NCBI GenBank assembly: GCA_031291875.1
Contig: JARLIE010000112.1
Span: forward strand, 114 to 64,113
Length of the DNA stretch: 64,000 nucleotides
DNA from: Minisyncoccota bacterium
Lineage (GTDB): Bacteria > Patescibacteriota > Minisyncoccia > Phycocordibacterales > UBA2100
Direction of reading: 5' to 3'
Each line of letters opens with the position of its first letter. Within the stretch, counting starts at the first letter, position 1. A program made the translations under genes and the position numbers. Shown in pieces: positions 38,562 through 48,465 of the stretch. The notes under the pieces were generated by a model that was not told where the DNA came from, made no database searches, and saw only the letters and a list, made by a program, of their open reading frames with translations.

Positions 38562-40346
38562 TTACCGAACCGCAAATCCCTTCGCCGCAACGGCACTCGA
38601 AATCGTATTCATGATCGCGTTGACCTCGGCGTCGGTGAGCGTCCGGTCTAAGGATTGGAACACTAAATGGAACGCGTACGAAATACGGTCGTCTTTTTTG
38701 AATTGATCAAAAAGATCAACGTGCTGCAGGAGCCCCTGCGAGTACTCACCAAAAATCCTGATAACTTCTGTAAACGACTGATCGCTTTGTGGGACCCACA
38801 TCGCGATGTCGCGCACGATAAACGGATATTTCGAGAATGGCTTGTAGCGCGTCGCGGTTGAGGTCGGGAACTTTTCATATGCTGAAGCTGATTTTCCTTC
38901 GAGCCGGTCTTCGCGCACCCCCTTTTCGTCGGCACTACCGAGCATAGTGATCTCATCCCCCTTCTGCCAAATCACGCCGATCTCGAAGAGACGAACCTTT
39001 TGCAAACCAAGCAGCGTCTTGGTGCGTTCGTTTTTCTCGTAGGCCTCCTTGAGACCGTCGATGAGTGTTCGGCGCAGGTAGGGACGCACCCCGTCCACTT
39101 TGTTGGCGACGACTCGATCACCTTTGTCGGCGAAAACTGACGTGACTACCTCGGAATACCCTTGCGCGATAAGGTTTTCGCGTGCCTCTTCGGCAGCATA
39201 AAAATGCTCGTTTACCTGCGGGTGCGCACGAGACGCCGATAATGCGACCGCGGGAATCGTGTCGTACCCGATGATACGGCCGACCTCTTCAATAAGATCT
39301 TCGGCGATTACGAGGTCGAGTCGCTCGAACGGAGCAAATACCGTGAATTGTTCACCTTCGCGCGAAAACGCGAATCGCAAACGAGTGAAGGCGTCTTCAA
39401 TATCCTCGATTCGAAGTTGCGTGCCGAGTACTCGATTGAGCTTCTCGAGCGAGACCGATACGGATCTTGGCGCTTGTGGCTGAGGGTATTCGTCGACATA
39501 TCCGACGACTTCCCCGCCCGCAAGTTCCAGAATCGTGTCGACGACAGCGTGCATCGCATACGAAACAAGCTCCGGCGAAAGTATCTGTTCGAACCGACTT
39601 GAAGCGTCCGTGCGCAATTTGAGCATCTGGGATGTTTTGCGAACGGAGACGCCGTAGAAATTTGCCGACTCTATGATGATGTCTTGCGTTTCCTCCGTGA
39701 TGGCCGCCGGAGCGCCGCCTTTGACGCCGGCAATGCCGATGGGCATATCCGTATGGCCGTCCGCGATCACAAGCATCGAATCCGAGAGCAGGTATTCCTT
39801 GCCATCGAGCGCAACCATTCGCTCGTCTTTCTTCCCTTTGCGAACCGCAATCGCGTATTTACCGTCACGATCAGAGAGCTTGCCTGCGTCGAACGCGTGC
39901 AACGGCTGGCCGATGTGGAACATCACGTAGTTGGTTGCATCAACGACATTGTTGATCGACTTTTGCCCAAGCGATTCCAATCTCTCGCGCAGCCACTGCG
40001 GCGAGGGGCCGACCTTTACGCCGCGGATATGACAAGCGACGTAGCGCGGGCACAAATCTTTTTCCTTGATGTCGACCGAGACACTCGACGTCACTGGCTC
40101 AAGTATCGGCGCTTGCGCGAGGTCGTCGCGCGACATTTTCACATTCAAAATCGCCGAAAGCTCTTTGGCAATACCGCGATGGCACAAGCAATCGTGTCCA
40201 CGATTCGCCGTAACTTTTACGTCGAGGATCTCGTCCTCGATGGACTCGATTTCGAATGCGTGGAATGTGAGTGCATCACCAAGCGCTATCGCGTTCGGTA
40301 ACTCGTCGTCGAAAAACTTTTGCAGCCAGACTCGGGAGATTTTCAT
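38562..40346 (-). CDS. pheT: Phenylalanyl-tRNA synthetase beta subunit (short form)
   Basis: NRGHDCL, INNVVDATNY, DLIEEVGR and C-terminal FDX-ACB domain (RDIA...TLTDAEV). Confidence 0.95.
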   Translation of the reverse strand: MKISRVWLQKFFDDELPNAIALGDALTFHAFEIESIEDEILDVKVTANRGHDCLCHRGIAKELSAILNVKMSRDDLAQAPILEPVTSSVSVDIKEKDLCPRYVACHIRGVKVGPSPQWLRERLESLGQKSINNVVDATNYVMFHIGQPLHAFDAGKLSDRDGKYAIAVRKGKKDERMVALDGKEYLLSDSMLVIADGHTDMPIGIAGVKGGAPAAITEETQDIIIESANFYGVSVRKTSQMLKLRTDASSRFEQILSPELVSYAMHAVVDTILELAGGEVVGYVDEYPQPQAPRSVSVSLEKLNRVLGTQLRIEDIEDAFTRLRFAFSREGEQFTVFAPFERLDLVIAEDLIEEVGRIIGYDTIPAVALSASRAHPQVNEHFYAAEEARENLIAQGYSEVVTSVFADKGDRVVANKVDGVRPYLRRTLIDGLKEAYEKNERTKTLLGLQKVRLFEIGVIWQKGDEITMLGSADEKGVREDRLEGKSASAYEKFPTSTATRYKPFSKYPFIVRDIAMWVPQSDQSFTEVIRIFGEYSQGLLQHVDLFDQFKKDDRISYAFHLVFQSLDRTLTDAEVNAIMNTISSAVAAKGFAVR

Positions 40347-40347
40347 A

Positions 40348-41085
40348 CTAAAACTGGTTTACGAACCGAAGGTCGGCGGAGTGCATGAGACGAACGTCGT
40401 CGATGCCCCAGCGCAAAAGCGCGAGGCGATCGAGACCCATGCCGAACGCGAAGCCCTGGTGTTTTTCGGGATCAACGCCCGCGTTTCTGAGCACGCTCGG
40501 ATGCACCATACCCGCACCCATCATTTCGATCCAACGATCGCGCAATTTCTCCGGCGCTTTGTCGCCAACGAGGCGCATATCGACTTCGACCGAAGGTTCG
40601 GTGAACGGAAAAAAGCTCGGACGAAAACGAATCTCGACCTGAGAGCCCTTAAAAAGTTCTTGGAGAAAACGCTCGAGTGTTCCCTTTAAATTGGCGAGGG
40701 TGACATCTTCGCCGACCGCGAGACCCTCGATTTGGAAAAACTCTGCTTCATGAGTCATGTCCGTCGCTTCATTGCGAAACACCTTGCCGGGGACGATGAC
40801 GCGATACGGGGGTTCGACACCCTTCTTAGCCTGCGACTCCATGTAGCGCACCTGTACGGGCGAAGTGTGGGTGCGCAACACCATGCCTGGCTCGTCCTTG
40901 ATGAAAAACGTGTCCTGCATATCGCGTGCAGGGTGATCCTTGGGCACATTGAGTGCGTCAAAGTTGTACCACTCGTTTTCGACGAGCGGGCCTTCGGCGA
41001 AGGTAAAGCCCATAGCAAAAAATATCTGGTTGGCCTCGCGAATCAGCGAAGAAATTGGGTGTATATGACCCCGTTCATCCGACAT
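40348..41085 (-). CDS. pheS: Phenylalanyl-tRNA synthetase alpha subunit (short form)
   Basis: HPARDMQDTF, LRTHTS, FPFTEPS and GFAFGMG. Confidence 0.97.
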   Translation of the reverse strand: MSDERGHIHPISSLIREANQIFFAMGFTFAEGPLVENEWYNFDALNVPKDHPARDMQDTFFIKDEPGMVLRTHTSPVQVRYMESQAKKGVEPPYRVIVPGKVFRNEATDMTHEAEFFQIEGLAVGEDVTLANLKGTLERFLQELFKGSQVEIRFRPSFFPFTEPSVEVDMRLVGDKAPEKLRDRWIEMMGAGMVHPSVLRNAGVDPEKHQGFAFGMGLDRLALLRWGIDDVRLMHSADLRFVNQF

Positions 41086-41185
41086 TCAGCTAGTATACCG
41101 TACAACTTATTTTGTATCCGCTTCTACGGCCGACCAGCCGTAGGGGCTGACAAAACGGCTTTTTTCTGGTAAAATCCTGCGAACC

Positions 41186-42409
41186 ATGATCGACGCTGCG
41201 GTCACCTATACATTGTTGTTCGTCTCGCTGTACTTCGAGATCTTCCTGCTCGTCGCTTTCTTGCAACGCGCTTTTTTGTCCAATACGAATATTTCCACGG
41301 CAGTTTCGAAGTATCCCAAGGTGGCGATTATCGTCCCTTGCTACAACGAGGAAAGCGGCATAAGCGCGACCATCGCGTCGCTTTTGGCATTGCAGTATCC
41401 GAAGGATGCTTTCGAGGTCATCGTTGTGGATGACGGCTCGAAAGACCGTACCTTTGAGATCGCCAAGCAGTTCGAGGCAGATTCACGAGTGCACGTTTTT
41501 CACAAAGAAAACGGTGGCAAGCACTCGGCAATGAATCTCGGACTCTCGAAGACGAATGCGGAACTTATCGGCTGTCTGGATGCGGACTCTATCGTCGAAC
41601 CGGAGGCGCTCCTCAGTATCGTTTCGATTTTCCAAAACGAGAAGGTCGCCGCCGTCACGCCGGGTATCCACGTCAAAGAAACGGGTAATCTTCTGCAGCA
41701 CATGCAAAAAGTCGAGTATCGGCTTTCTATTTTCAACCGCTTCATGCTGGCGGCGCTCGGCAGCGCGTTCATTACCCCGGGGCCCTTCTCTATCTTTCGC
41801 GCATCGATCGTTCGAGAACTCGGCGGTTGGCGCTACGGCCACTCGACCGAAGACATGGAAATGGCGCTCCGTATGCAGGACGCCGGCTTCTTGATCGCAA
41901 ACGCGCCGAAAGCAATCGTCCACACAGGAACCCCAAAGACCATCCGCAAACTCTTCCACCAGCGCGTACGCTGGACGTACGGCTGGCTTCGCAACGCCGT
42001 TGATTACCGCCACATGATCGGCAATCGCAACTACGGCAATCTCGGCATTATCATCTTGCCGAGCGCGCTCATCTCGATTGGCGCGGCGCTCTTTTTCTTC
42101 TTCAAAATCATCTTGGAGTTCGCGGTGCTCGCGCAGCACGAGTTCCTCAAAATCCAAGTCACGGGCACTGTCCCGCACCCCATGTTCAGCTTCTTTTATT
42201 TCAACACCAGCATGATGTCGATTCTGGTATGGGTCGCCGTCGGCCTCATCCTTCTCCTGGTCGCTTTGGGCTCTTTGATTGGCACGGGCAAACGCACGTT
42301 GCCGATCGGAACCCCACTTTTCGTGCTTTTTTACAGCTTTCTCGTGCCGCTATGGCTCGGGACGGCGGTAGTTCGCGCGGCGTTTAAAACTGGTGTACGC
42401 TGGCGCTGA
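41186..42409 (+). CDS. Processive GT2 glycosyltransferase (PgaC/IcaA/cellulose-synthase-like)
   Basis: DDGS, DAD, TED and HQRVRW motifs; N- and C-terminal TMs. Confidence 0.9.
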   Translation: MIDAAVTYTLLFVSLYFEIFLLVAFLQRAFLSNTNISTAVSKYPKVAIIVPCYNEESGISATIASLLALQYPKDAFEVIVVDDGSKDRTFEIAKQFEADSRVHVFHKENGGKHSAMNLGLSKTNAELIGCLDADSIVEPEALLSIVSIFQNEKVAAVTPGIHVKETGNLLQHMQKVEYRLSIFNRFMLAALGSAFITPGPFSIFRASIVRELGGWRYGHSTEDMEMALRMQDAGFLIANAPKAIVHTGTPKTIRKLFHQRVRWTYGWLRNAVDYRHMIGNRNYGNLGIIILPSALISIGAALFFFFKIILEFAVLAQHEFLKIQVTGTVPHPMFSFFYFNTSMMSILVWVAVGLILLLVALGSLIGTGKRTLPIGTPLFVLFYSFLVPLWLGTAVVRAAFKTGVRWR

Positions 42410-42412
42410 TCT

Positions 42413-43114
42413 ATGGACCCGGTCGTCAATACCCGCACCGCTCGCTGGAGCAGCTACCTCGTCGCGTTTTTGATTACGGCGCTTATTTTCGCGACCGCAC
42501 TCTATGTCTCCAATTACTTTAACGAGCAACGTGTAGCGGATATCCAGGCGACGGAAAACGATGTTTCCGCGCAAATTCTCTCGACAGAGACACAGTTCGA
42601 CCTTCTGCAGGAGCACCCGTGTTCCGATGTCAGCGAAACGGACCTCGCGCCGAGCGAAATGACCTCACTGGGATCTGAGCTCGATTACCTGGAGGCGCAG
42701 GGCGGCAACCAGGCCGAGATCGCGAGACTCAAGAGCACGTATTCCCTGCTTGAAATCAAAGACTATCTTGCGATGCGCCAGCTCGCGACAAAATGCAGCT
42801 TGAAGCCGGTCTTTATTTTGTACTTCTATTCCAACAAGGGCGACTGTCCGCAATGTGAGGCGCAAGGCGACGTGCTCACCGCGTTTTCGCAGGAATACCC
42901 CATGCTTCGCGTCTATTCGTTCGACTACAACCTGCAGGTCGGCGCGCTACAGACACTCATCTCGATCGACCACGTTGACAACAATTTGCCGGCGCTTGTG
43001 ATCAACGGAAAAACCTACTATGGATTCCAGTCGATGCAGGCTATTCAAAAGATATTGCCCCAATTGAAGACGCTTCAGACGGCTAGTTCGACGGCGAGTT
43101 CTACTGCTAAGTAG
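42413..43114 (+). CDS. Membrane-anchored thioredoxin-fold protein
   Basis: N-terminal TM, YFYS...CPQC and LPALVING. Confidence 0.65.
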   Translation: MDPVVNTRTARWSSYLVAFLITALIFATALYVSNYFNEQRVADIQATENDVSAQILSTETQFDLLQEHPCSDVSETDLAPSEMTSLGSELDYLEAQGGNQAEIARLKSTYSLLEIKDYLAMRQLATKCSLKPVFILYFYSNKGDCPQCEAQGDVLTAFSQEYPMLRVYSFDYNLQVGALQTLISIDHVDNNLPALVINGKTYYGFQSMQAIQKILPQLKTLQTASSTASSTAK

Positions 43115-43117
43115 TTG

Positions 43118-43266
43118 TGGAAGTTGGAGTTGGGCTTCGTCGTCTAGGAGTTGATCGGCGGCTCAAAAACAAGCGGTCCGCAGAGTACCTACAAATTAGT
43201 TGGAGTTTGTTGGAAGTTGGAGTTGGGCTTCGCCGGCAATTAGTCGGTCGGTGGCTCAAAAACAAG
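43118..43266. repeat. Two 56-nt direct repeats (period 93) carrying inverted copies of the tRNA 3' end
   Basis: TGGAAGTTGGAGTTGGGCTTCG-N15-TCGG(C/T)GGCTCAAAAACAAG at 43118-43173 and 43211-43266. Confidence 0.85.
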
Positions 43267-43294
43267 ACGGCCCCTTCAGGGCCGGTTGTTTTTG

Positions 43295-43367
43295 AGCCGC
43301 CTCCCAGACTTGAACTGGGGACCTTCTCTTTACAAAAGAGTTGCTCTACCAACTGAGCTAAGGCGGC
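43295..43367 (-). tRNA. tRNA-Thr(UGU), CCA not encoded
   Basis: GCCGCCTTAGCTCAGTTGGTAGAGCAACTCTTTTGTAAAGAGAAGGTCCCCAGTTCAAGTCTGGGAGGCGGCT folds as a cloverleaf with anticodon TGT. Confidence 0.93.
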
Positions 43368-43378
43368 TTGTTCGGCGA

Positions 43379-43816
43379 TTATAGAGCGGATAGCTCTTCT
43401 TCGCCATTGTCGTTCTCCTGCCTCTCTACAGAGGCATCCTCGGAACCGCTCTTGTGTTCTGCGACCTTCTTGAGGAACTCCGACTTCGTTTCGCGCGGCT
43501 CGAAGTTGCGCTTGTGCGAGACGCTGTCGGCGAGGCGGTGGGATTGCTTACCGAGCCAGATCGCAAGATGCCCTGCATCCACCGCAATCCCCTGTACGAT
43601 GCTGGTCGCCGCGTCCAAAAGAAACGGTGGCAGATGCTCGACATCTTTGCGAGCTGCAAGCGCAAGCTCTTTGAGGTGAAGCGCCTGGGCATCGGCCCGC
43701 TGACGGAGATTTCGGAACAGGACTCGCTCATGCGAGAGTTCCCAGCGCTTCAACGTGAAGAGCCCGACAATAAGTATGAGTGCGATGAAGAAAACGATGG
43801 CAGTGGAAATAACCAT
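43379..43816 (-). CDS. Hypothetical protein with N-terminal TM
   Basis: Starts 4 nt after the tsf stop and fills the gap to the tRNA. Confidence 0.65.
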   Translation of the reverse strand: MVISTAIVFFIALILIVGLFTLKRWELSHERVLFRNLRQRADAQALHLKELALAARKDVEHLPPFLLDAATSIVQGIAVDAGHLAIWLGKQSHRLADSVSHKRNFEPRETKSEFLKKVAEHKSGSEDASVERQENDNGEEELSAL

Positions 43817-43820
43817 GGCC

Positions 43821-44402
43821 TTAGCGTACCGAAAGGCGCTCGAAGCGGGTTACTTCGATCTTCTCGCCGAACTTCTGTACGTACGTGTCAATCAATTCGC
43901 GAATCGTAATGCTGGAGTCTCGCAGGTAAGGCTGGTCGAGCAAGACGCGTTCGGCGAGGTACCCGTCGAGCTTTCCTTGCAACGCCTTCTCGCGAGCCGC
44001 CTCCGGCACATTCTTTACCTCCTCTTCGAAAACATCCTTCGCGGCGCGAATGTCTTCTTCCTTCACGTCTTCGCGAGAGCGGAATTTCGGATTCATTGCC
44101 GCGACCTGCATCGCGATCTCATAAGCCAATTTTGAAAAGTCCTCGTTCTTGGAGACGAAGTCGGTCTCGCAGGAAAGAACGACTGCGCCGAGAACCTGCC
44201 CACCCGCGTGGGTGTAGGCCGCGACCACGCCTGCCGCGAGCTCGCGGTCTGCCTTCTTAGAAGCGATCGCTGAAGATGCCTTGCGAAGAATTACTTTCGC
44301 CTTTTCGATGTCGCCTCCTGCCTCTTCGAGCGCCTTGCGGCACTGCATGATTGAAACGCCAGTATCGTCGCGAAGTTGTTTAAGTGCGTCTGAAACCGCC
44401 AT
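43821..44402 (-). CDS. tsf: Elongation factor Ts (short form)
   Basis: LRDDTGVSIMQCRKAL and CETDFV; follows rpsB. Confidence 0.96.
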   Translation of the reverse strand: MAVSDALKQLRDDTGVSIMQCRKALEEAGGDIEKAKVILRKASSAIASKKADRELAAGVVAAYTHAGGQVLGAVVLSCETDFVSKNEDFSKLAYEIAMQVAAMNPKFRSREDVKEEDIRAAKDVFEEEVKNVPEAAREKALQGKLDGYLAERVLLDQPYLRDSSITIRELIDTYVQKFGEKIEVTRFERLSVR

Positions 44403-44447
44403 AGGTAAAAATGATTATAGTAGATATCCTACCAAACTTTTAAGCTG

Positions 44448-45158
44448 TTATTTCTGCGCGTGCGATGCGCGAGTGGACGCCTTCTTGCCGTCCTGAATCG
44501 CTTCGATAACGCGGTCGATCACGTAACGGATCGCGCGGACCGAAGTGTCGCTGCCCGGAATCGGGAAACGAGAAAGGGAGAAATCGCAGTCTGAGCTCGA
44601 GAGCGCGACGACCGGGATACCGAGCTGTTTGGCTTCCAAAACAGCGGTGTGTTCGTGGCGAGAGTCGACGACGAACATGGCGCCCGGCATTTCCGTCAGC
44701 GAGACGAGGCCGCCAAATCGATTGCGAAGTTCTTCGATCTCGCGATCGATCATGAGGCGTTCGCGCTTCGTGTATTTCTCGAGCTGGCCCGCTTCACGCT
44801 CCTTCTCAAGCGTCAAAAGGCGCTCGATTCGCTTGCGGATATTCTTGAAGTTGGTGAGTGTACCGCCGATCCAGCGGCCGGCAACGTACGGCTGTGCAAC
44901 CTGGTGTGCGGCAGATTCAACGAGGGCGCGAGCCTCCGGCTTGCCGCCGACGAAGAGGATGGCCTTGCCAGAACCGGAAACCGAGGAAAGGAAGGTAGAA
45001 GCTGCATCGAGGCGCTTCTTTGTCTCCTCAAGGTTGAAAATATCGGTTCGGTCTTTGGTTCCAAAAAGGAACGGCGCGGCGCTCGGGTGCCTGCGCGCGC
45101 GGGCGTAGCCGAAGTGCACGCCGGCGTCGTAGAGTTCTTGTACGTCTTGAACTGACAT
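44448..45158 (-). CDS. rpsB: 30S ribosomal protein S2
   Basis: AGVHFG, RWIGGTLTNF and EAKQLGIPV. Confidence 0.97.
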   Translation of the reverse strand: MSVQDVQELYDAGVHFGYARARRHPSAAPFLFGTKDRTDIFNLEETKKRLDAASTFLSSVSGSGKAILFVGGKPEARALVESAAHQVAQPYVAGRWIGGTLTNFKNIRKRIERLLTLEKEREAGQLEKYTKRERLMIDREIEELRNRFGGLVSLTEMPGAMFVVDSRHEHTAVLEAKQLGIPVVALSSSDCDFSLSRFPIPGSDTSVRAIRYVIDRVIEAIQDGKKASTRASHAQK

Positions 45159-45181
45159 AAGTGCGCCGCAATATACCAAAA

Positions 45182-46165
45182 TCACTCTTCTTCTGCAACC
45201 GCCTCGCCTCCCTGGGCTTTTGCGAGAGCTTCCAGGATCGGATCGAGACCTCCGTTCATGATTTTCGGGATGTTGGACCAGGACTCCTTGATGCGGTGAT
45301 CAGTGATGCGATCTTGAGGGAAATTGTAGGTACGAACCTTCTCTGAGCGATCGCCAGTGCCGATTTGCGAGGAGCGGTCGTCCGCTCGTTTGCGATCCTC
45401 TTCCTCGTCTTTCAGCAACTGCAATTTTGATAGGAGACGCGACATGGCGAGCTCTCGATTTTTCAACTGAGAACGCTCGGATTGCGAGCGGACATCGATA
45501 CCGGTCGGCTTATGGATAATGCGCACAGCTGTTTCCACTTTGTTGACGTTTTGTCCGCCGGCGCCGCCTGAGCGCGAAGTCTCGATTTCGAGATCGGAGG
45601 GATTGATCTCAATTTTCGAACGTTTATAGATCGGCAAAATGGCGACGGAGGCCGTCGAGGTGTGAATGCGACCAGCCTTTTCGGTGGCGGGGACACGCTG
45701 CACGCGGTGCACACCCGTTTCGTAGCGAAGAATGCGGTAACAATCAGGGCCTTTGATCTCGAATTGCGCCTCTTTGTAACCGCCCAATCCGGCGCGAGAC
45801 TCATCAATCGGTTTGACCGTCCAGCCCTTGAGCTGAGCGTATTTCGTGTACATTTGCGCGAGTTCTTCGGCAAAGAGCGACGCCTCGTCCCCGCCGACGC
45901 CGGCGCGAACCTCGAGCACAATTTCGTTGGGCCATTCGCGCTCATTGGGATCGCCGATTATCTTCGTCAGCTGCTCCAGCAGCGCCTGTTTCTGCTTGTC
46001 GATATCGTCGATTTCCTTGTCGGCGAGCTCCTTCATCGTAGGGTCAACCTCGATGAGTTCCTGCGCGTCTTTTTCAGCTTGCAGGAGGCGTTTCCATTCT
46101 TGAACGAGAAACGAGACGCGGTGATCGTCCGCGTAGTCTTCGGGATTGAGCAGCAATTCAGCCAT
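45182..46165 (-). CDS. prfA: Peptide chain release factor 1
   Basis: GGQ motif, PAT (PxT) discriminator and [14 protein letters not shown]. Confidence 0.93.
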   Translation of the reverse strand: MAELLLNPEDYADDHRVSFLVQEWKRLLQAEKDAQELIEVDPTMKELADKEIDDIDKQKQALLEQLTKIIGDPNEREWPNEIVLEVRAGVGGDEASLFAEELAQMYTKYAQLKGWTVKPIDESRAGLGGYKEAQFEIKGPDCYRILRYETGVHRVQRVPATEKAGRIHTSTASVAILPIYKRSKIEINPSDLEIETSRSGGAGGQNVNKVETAVRIIHKPTGIDVRSQSERSQLKNRELAMSRLLSKLQLLKDEEEDRKRADDRSSQIGTGDRSEKVRTYNFPQDRITDHRIKESWSNIPKIMNGGLDPILEALAKAQGGEAVAEEE

Positions 46166-46214
46166 ACAAAAAGTATAACGCAGCGGCCCCAAAGGGGCCG
46201 CTGCGAAAGAGTCG

Positions 46215-46475
46215 TTATTTCTTGGTCGTTTTCTTAGCGGCGCGGGCGCGGAATTTCTCGACGCGGCCGGCAGTATCGATCGTCTTTGCGGTGCCCGTGT
46301 AGAACGGGTGCGAGGCGGAGGAGATTTCCACCTGGAAGAGCGGGTATTCTTTGCCGTCCTCCCATTTGTCCGTGCGTTCAGTCTCGATCGTAGAACCGAG
46401 CAAGAAGCGCTTCCCAGCCGTCACATCCTCAAAGATGACGAGGCGGTAGTTTTCCGGGTGAATGTCCTTTTTCAT
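46215..46475 (-). CDS. rpmE2: 50S ribosomal protein L31 type B
   Basis: MKKDIHP...[12 protein letters not shown]...GRVEKF; no Cys. Confidence 0.95.
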   Translation of the reverse strand: MKKDIHPENYRLVIFEDVTAGKRFLLGSTIETERTDKWEDGKEYPLFQVEISSASHPFYTGTAKTIDTAGRVEKFRARAAKKTTKK

Positions 46476-46548
46476 AACGCGCGAACTATACCGAAAACCA
46501 AGCAGATTTGCAACTTTAGGCGCAGGTCTCGCAACTTACGGTAATGTA

Positions 46549-47085
46549 TCAGCGGTATATTCTGAAAACTTCCCTAGTATCCTGTTCAAAGCCGGACAAA
46601 GGTAACACTTTGGCCGGCTCTTTTTTATAAAATTGAACTCGATACATGAAAATAGTCGTTGGCGGACAAGCGCGACTAAGCCGGTCTTCAAACTCTCGTA
46701 TGAAATCTCTCGGCAAATAGATATTTTTGTATTCAGCCGGTTCGTCTAAGTGATCCAGAAAATTCCCCCATACGAACTTTGGTTTATTTCTCTTAAACAA
46801 GCATCTACCTTTGGCCACCAGGTGCCGAAAAAGACTTTTCTCTATGGCGGTGATATGCAATGTCGGGATCGCCGCCTGCATCCGTATCGCCATAGTTCCA
46901 TAGCAACTTCCGAGGTCGTAGAATCTCCCGTTTGGATTACCGTTCCGAAGGATGTCTTCCGTGATTAGCTGCACCGCTTCGGGAGAGGTTTCAAAGTCTT
47001 CGTCATCGAAGATCAGGTTGTAAATCACTCCTATCGCGATTCCTAGTGCTACGAGCAAGCCGACGATGATCAAAACAAAGGTCAT
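46549..47085 (-). CDS. Membrane-anchored class I SAM-dependent methyltransferase-like protein
   Basis: N-terminal TM, FYDLGSCYG and ITAIE; visibly more AT-rich than its neighbours. Confidence 0.65.
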   Translation of the reverse strand: MTFVLIIVGLLVALGIAIGVIYNLIFDDEDFETSPEAVQLITEDILRNGNPNGRFYDLGSCYGTMAIRMQAAIPTLHITAIEKSLFRHLVAKGRCLFKRNKPKFVWGNFLDHLDEPAEYKNIYLPRDFIREFEDRLSRACPPTTIFMYRVQFYKKEPAKVLPLSGFEQDTREVFRIYR

Positions 47086-47115
47086 GTGCGGGATGATACT
47101 AGATACCGACAGCAA

Positions 47116-48426
47116 TCAACAGGAAATAATCGGCGACGTACTCTGCACGCCGTTGATAACATCGATTTGTTGCTGCATTTTCTGGGTGAGACACATAACG
47201 TCGTTTCCGTAGAATGCGAACGAGGGATTTCTATAGTTACTGCCGGCGAAATATTTGAGAGCTGCCGTTCGTTCCGCCGAAGCAGTTCCGGCTCCTGCGC
47301 CCAAATCTCCCATATAGAGCGCGGTTGCGAAAGTAGCCGTGCGAGGATTCCACGGATTCGGCGGGTTTTGGCCGCTCGCGCTTGCGATACGGCTTTGGTA
47401 GAGCACCCACGTCGAAGGAATAAATTGAGCCGGTCCCATCGCACCTCCCCACCCGTAAGACGGCTTACAGGAGACCTTTTCTGAAGAAGGATCGAGGCCG
47501 AGCTGTGACATGACCTGCAAATACGTCGGAATATTGGTCGGATTCATGGCAGTCGTATAACTGCAGTTACCGACGTTTTTACCGAGATCGCTTTCTTCCG
47601 AAAGAATACCCATGATAAACGCGGGCGGAACGCCGGTGACGCTGCTTGCATCTTTGGCGTAGTTATAAATGTCGCCGAACGAGGTGCTCGAGTTACTGTC
47701 GCGCAGGGAGAAGAGCGCCTGCTCGATTTGCTTCGCGTTTTGTTGCTGGTTGGCGATGAGCTGCTGGTAGAGCGATTCCTGTCCTTTCGTTTGTGCAATA
47801 AGGTTTTGCTTTTGCTGTTCGGTATTCACAAGAGAATCTGCCTGCGCCTGCTGTGCTTGCAGGAGCTGGCTCGCCTGCTCGTTCTCGGCTTCCAGGGTTT
47901 GCTCGCGAGTCGTAAGATCAGTCTTCTGGCTTTGTAGTTGGGTGAATGAGTCACCGAGCGCGGTTTGTATAGCCTGAAAATCGCTAACCTCAGAAAACGC
48001 GGCCGGTAGCGAGCCTTGGAGAAGTTGGATAGCAAGCGGCGTTTCGTTGATCTCGTTCGTTTCGCGCATTATTTGGGCAAGCGAGTCTTGGCCCGCTGAT
48101 ACCTTCGAATTGACGGTCGAGATGCCGGATTGCGCCTGCCCGATCTGATCCTGCAGCTGCTGAATCGTCAGATTGCGCTGTTGAATTTCGAGCTGCGCCT
48201 CTTTAATCTGGGAATCGAGGATGGCGACCTGATTTTCGAGTGTCGCGCGAGCCTGTTGTTGGAGCGCGAGTTTTGATTGGTTTTGCGCGATTTCCTGGTT
48301 GAGCTGATCAAGCTGCGCCTGCAGCGCGGCTTGCTGAGCAGCAGTATTGGCTGCCCACGTGTAGGACGGTGTTATGACGACCATGGCACATGCAAATGCC
48401 GCAAAAAAACGAGCGCGTATGCGCAT
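47116..48426 (-). CDS. Secreted coiled-coil lytic murein transglycosylase (SLT)
   Basis: Signal peptide, Gln-rich coiled coil, LSEES and GAMGPAQFIPSTW. Confidence 0.88.
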   Translation of the reverse strand: MRIRARFFAAFACAMVVITPSYTWAANTAAQQAALQAQLDQLNQEIAQNQSKLALQQQARATLENQVAILDSQIKEAQLEIQQRNLTIQQLQDQIGQAQSGISTVNSKVSAGQDSLAQIMRETNEINETPLAIQLLQGSLPAAFSEVSDFQAIQTALGDSFTQLQSQKTDLTTREQTLEAENEQASQLLQAQQAQADSLVNTEQQKQNLIAQTKGQESLYQQLIANQQQNAKQIEQALFSLRDSNSSTSFGDIYNYAKDASSVTGVPPAFIMGILSEESDLGKNVGNCSYTTAMNPTNIPTYLQVMSQLGLDPSSEKVSCKPSYGWGGAMGPAQFIPSTWVLYQSRIASASGQNPPNPWNPRTATFATALYMGDLGAGAGTASAERTAALKYFAGSNYRNPSFAFYGNDVMCLTQKMQQQIDVINGVQSTSPIISC

Positions 48427-48465
48427 ATGAGTAGTACAAGTGTAGCACGGAGAATCTTGCTGCGG

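Noticed and set aside
43118-43266. Possible mini CRISPR array
   Set aside because: Only two units, bipartite repeats tied to the tRNA end, and no cas genes.
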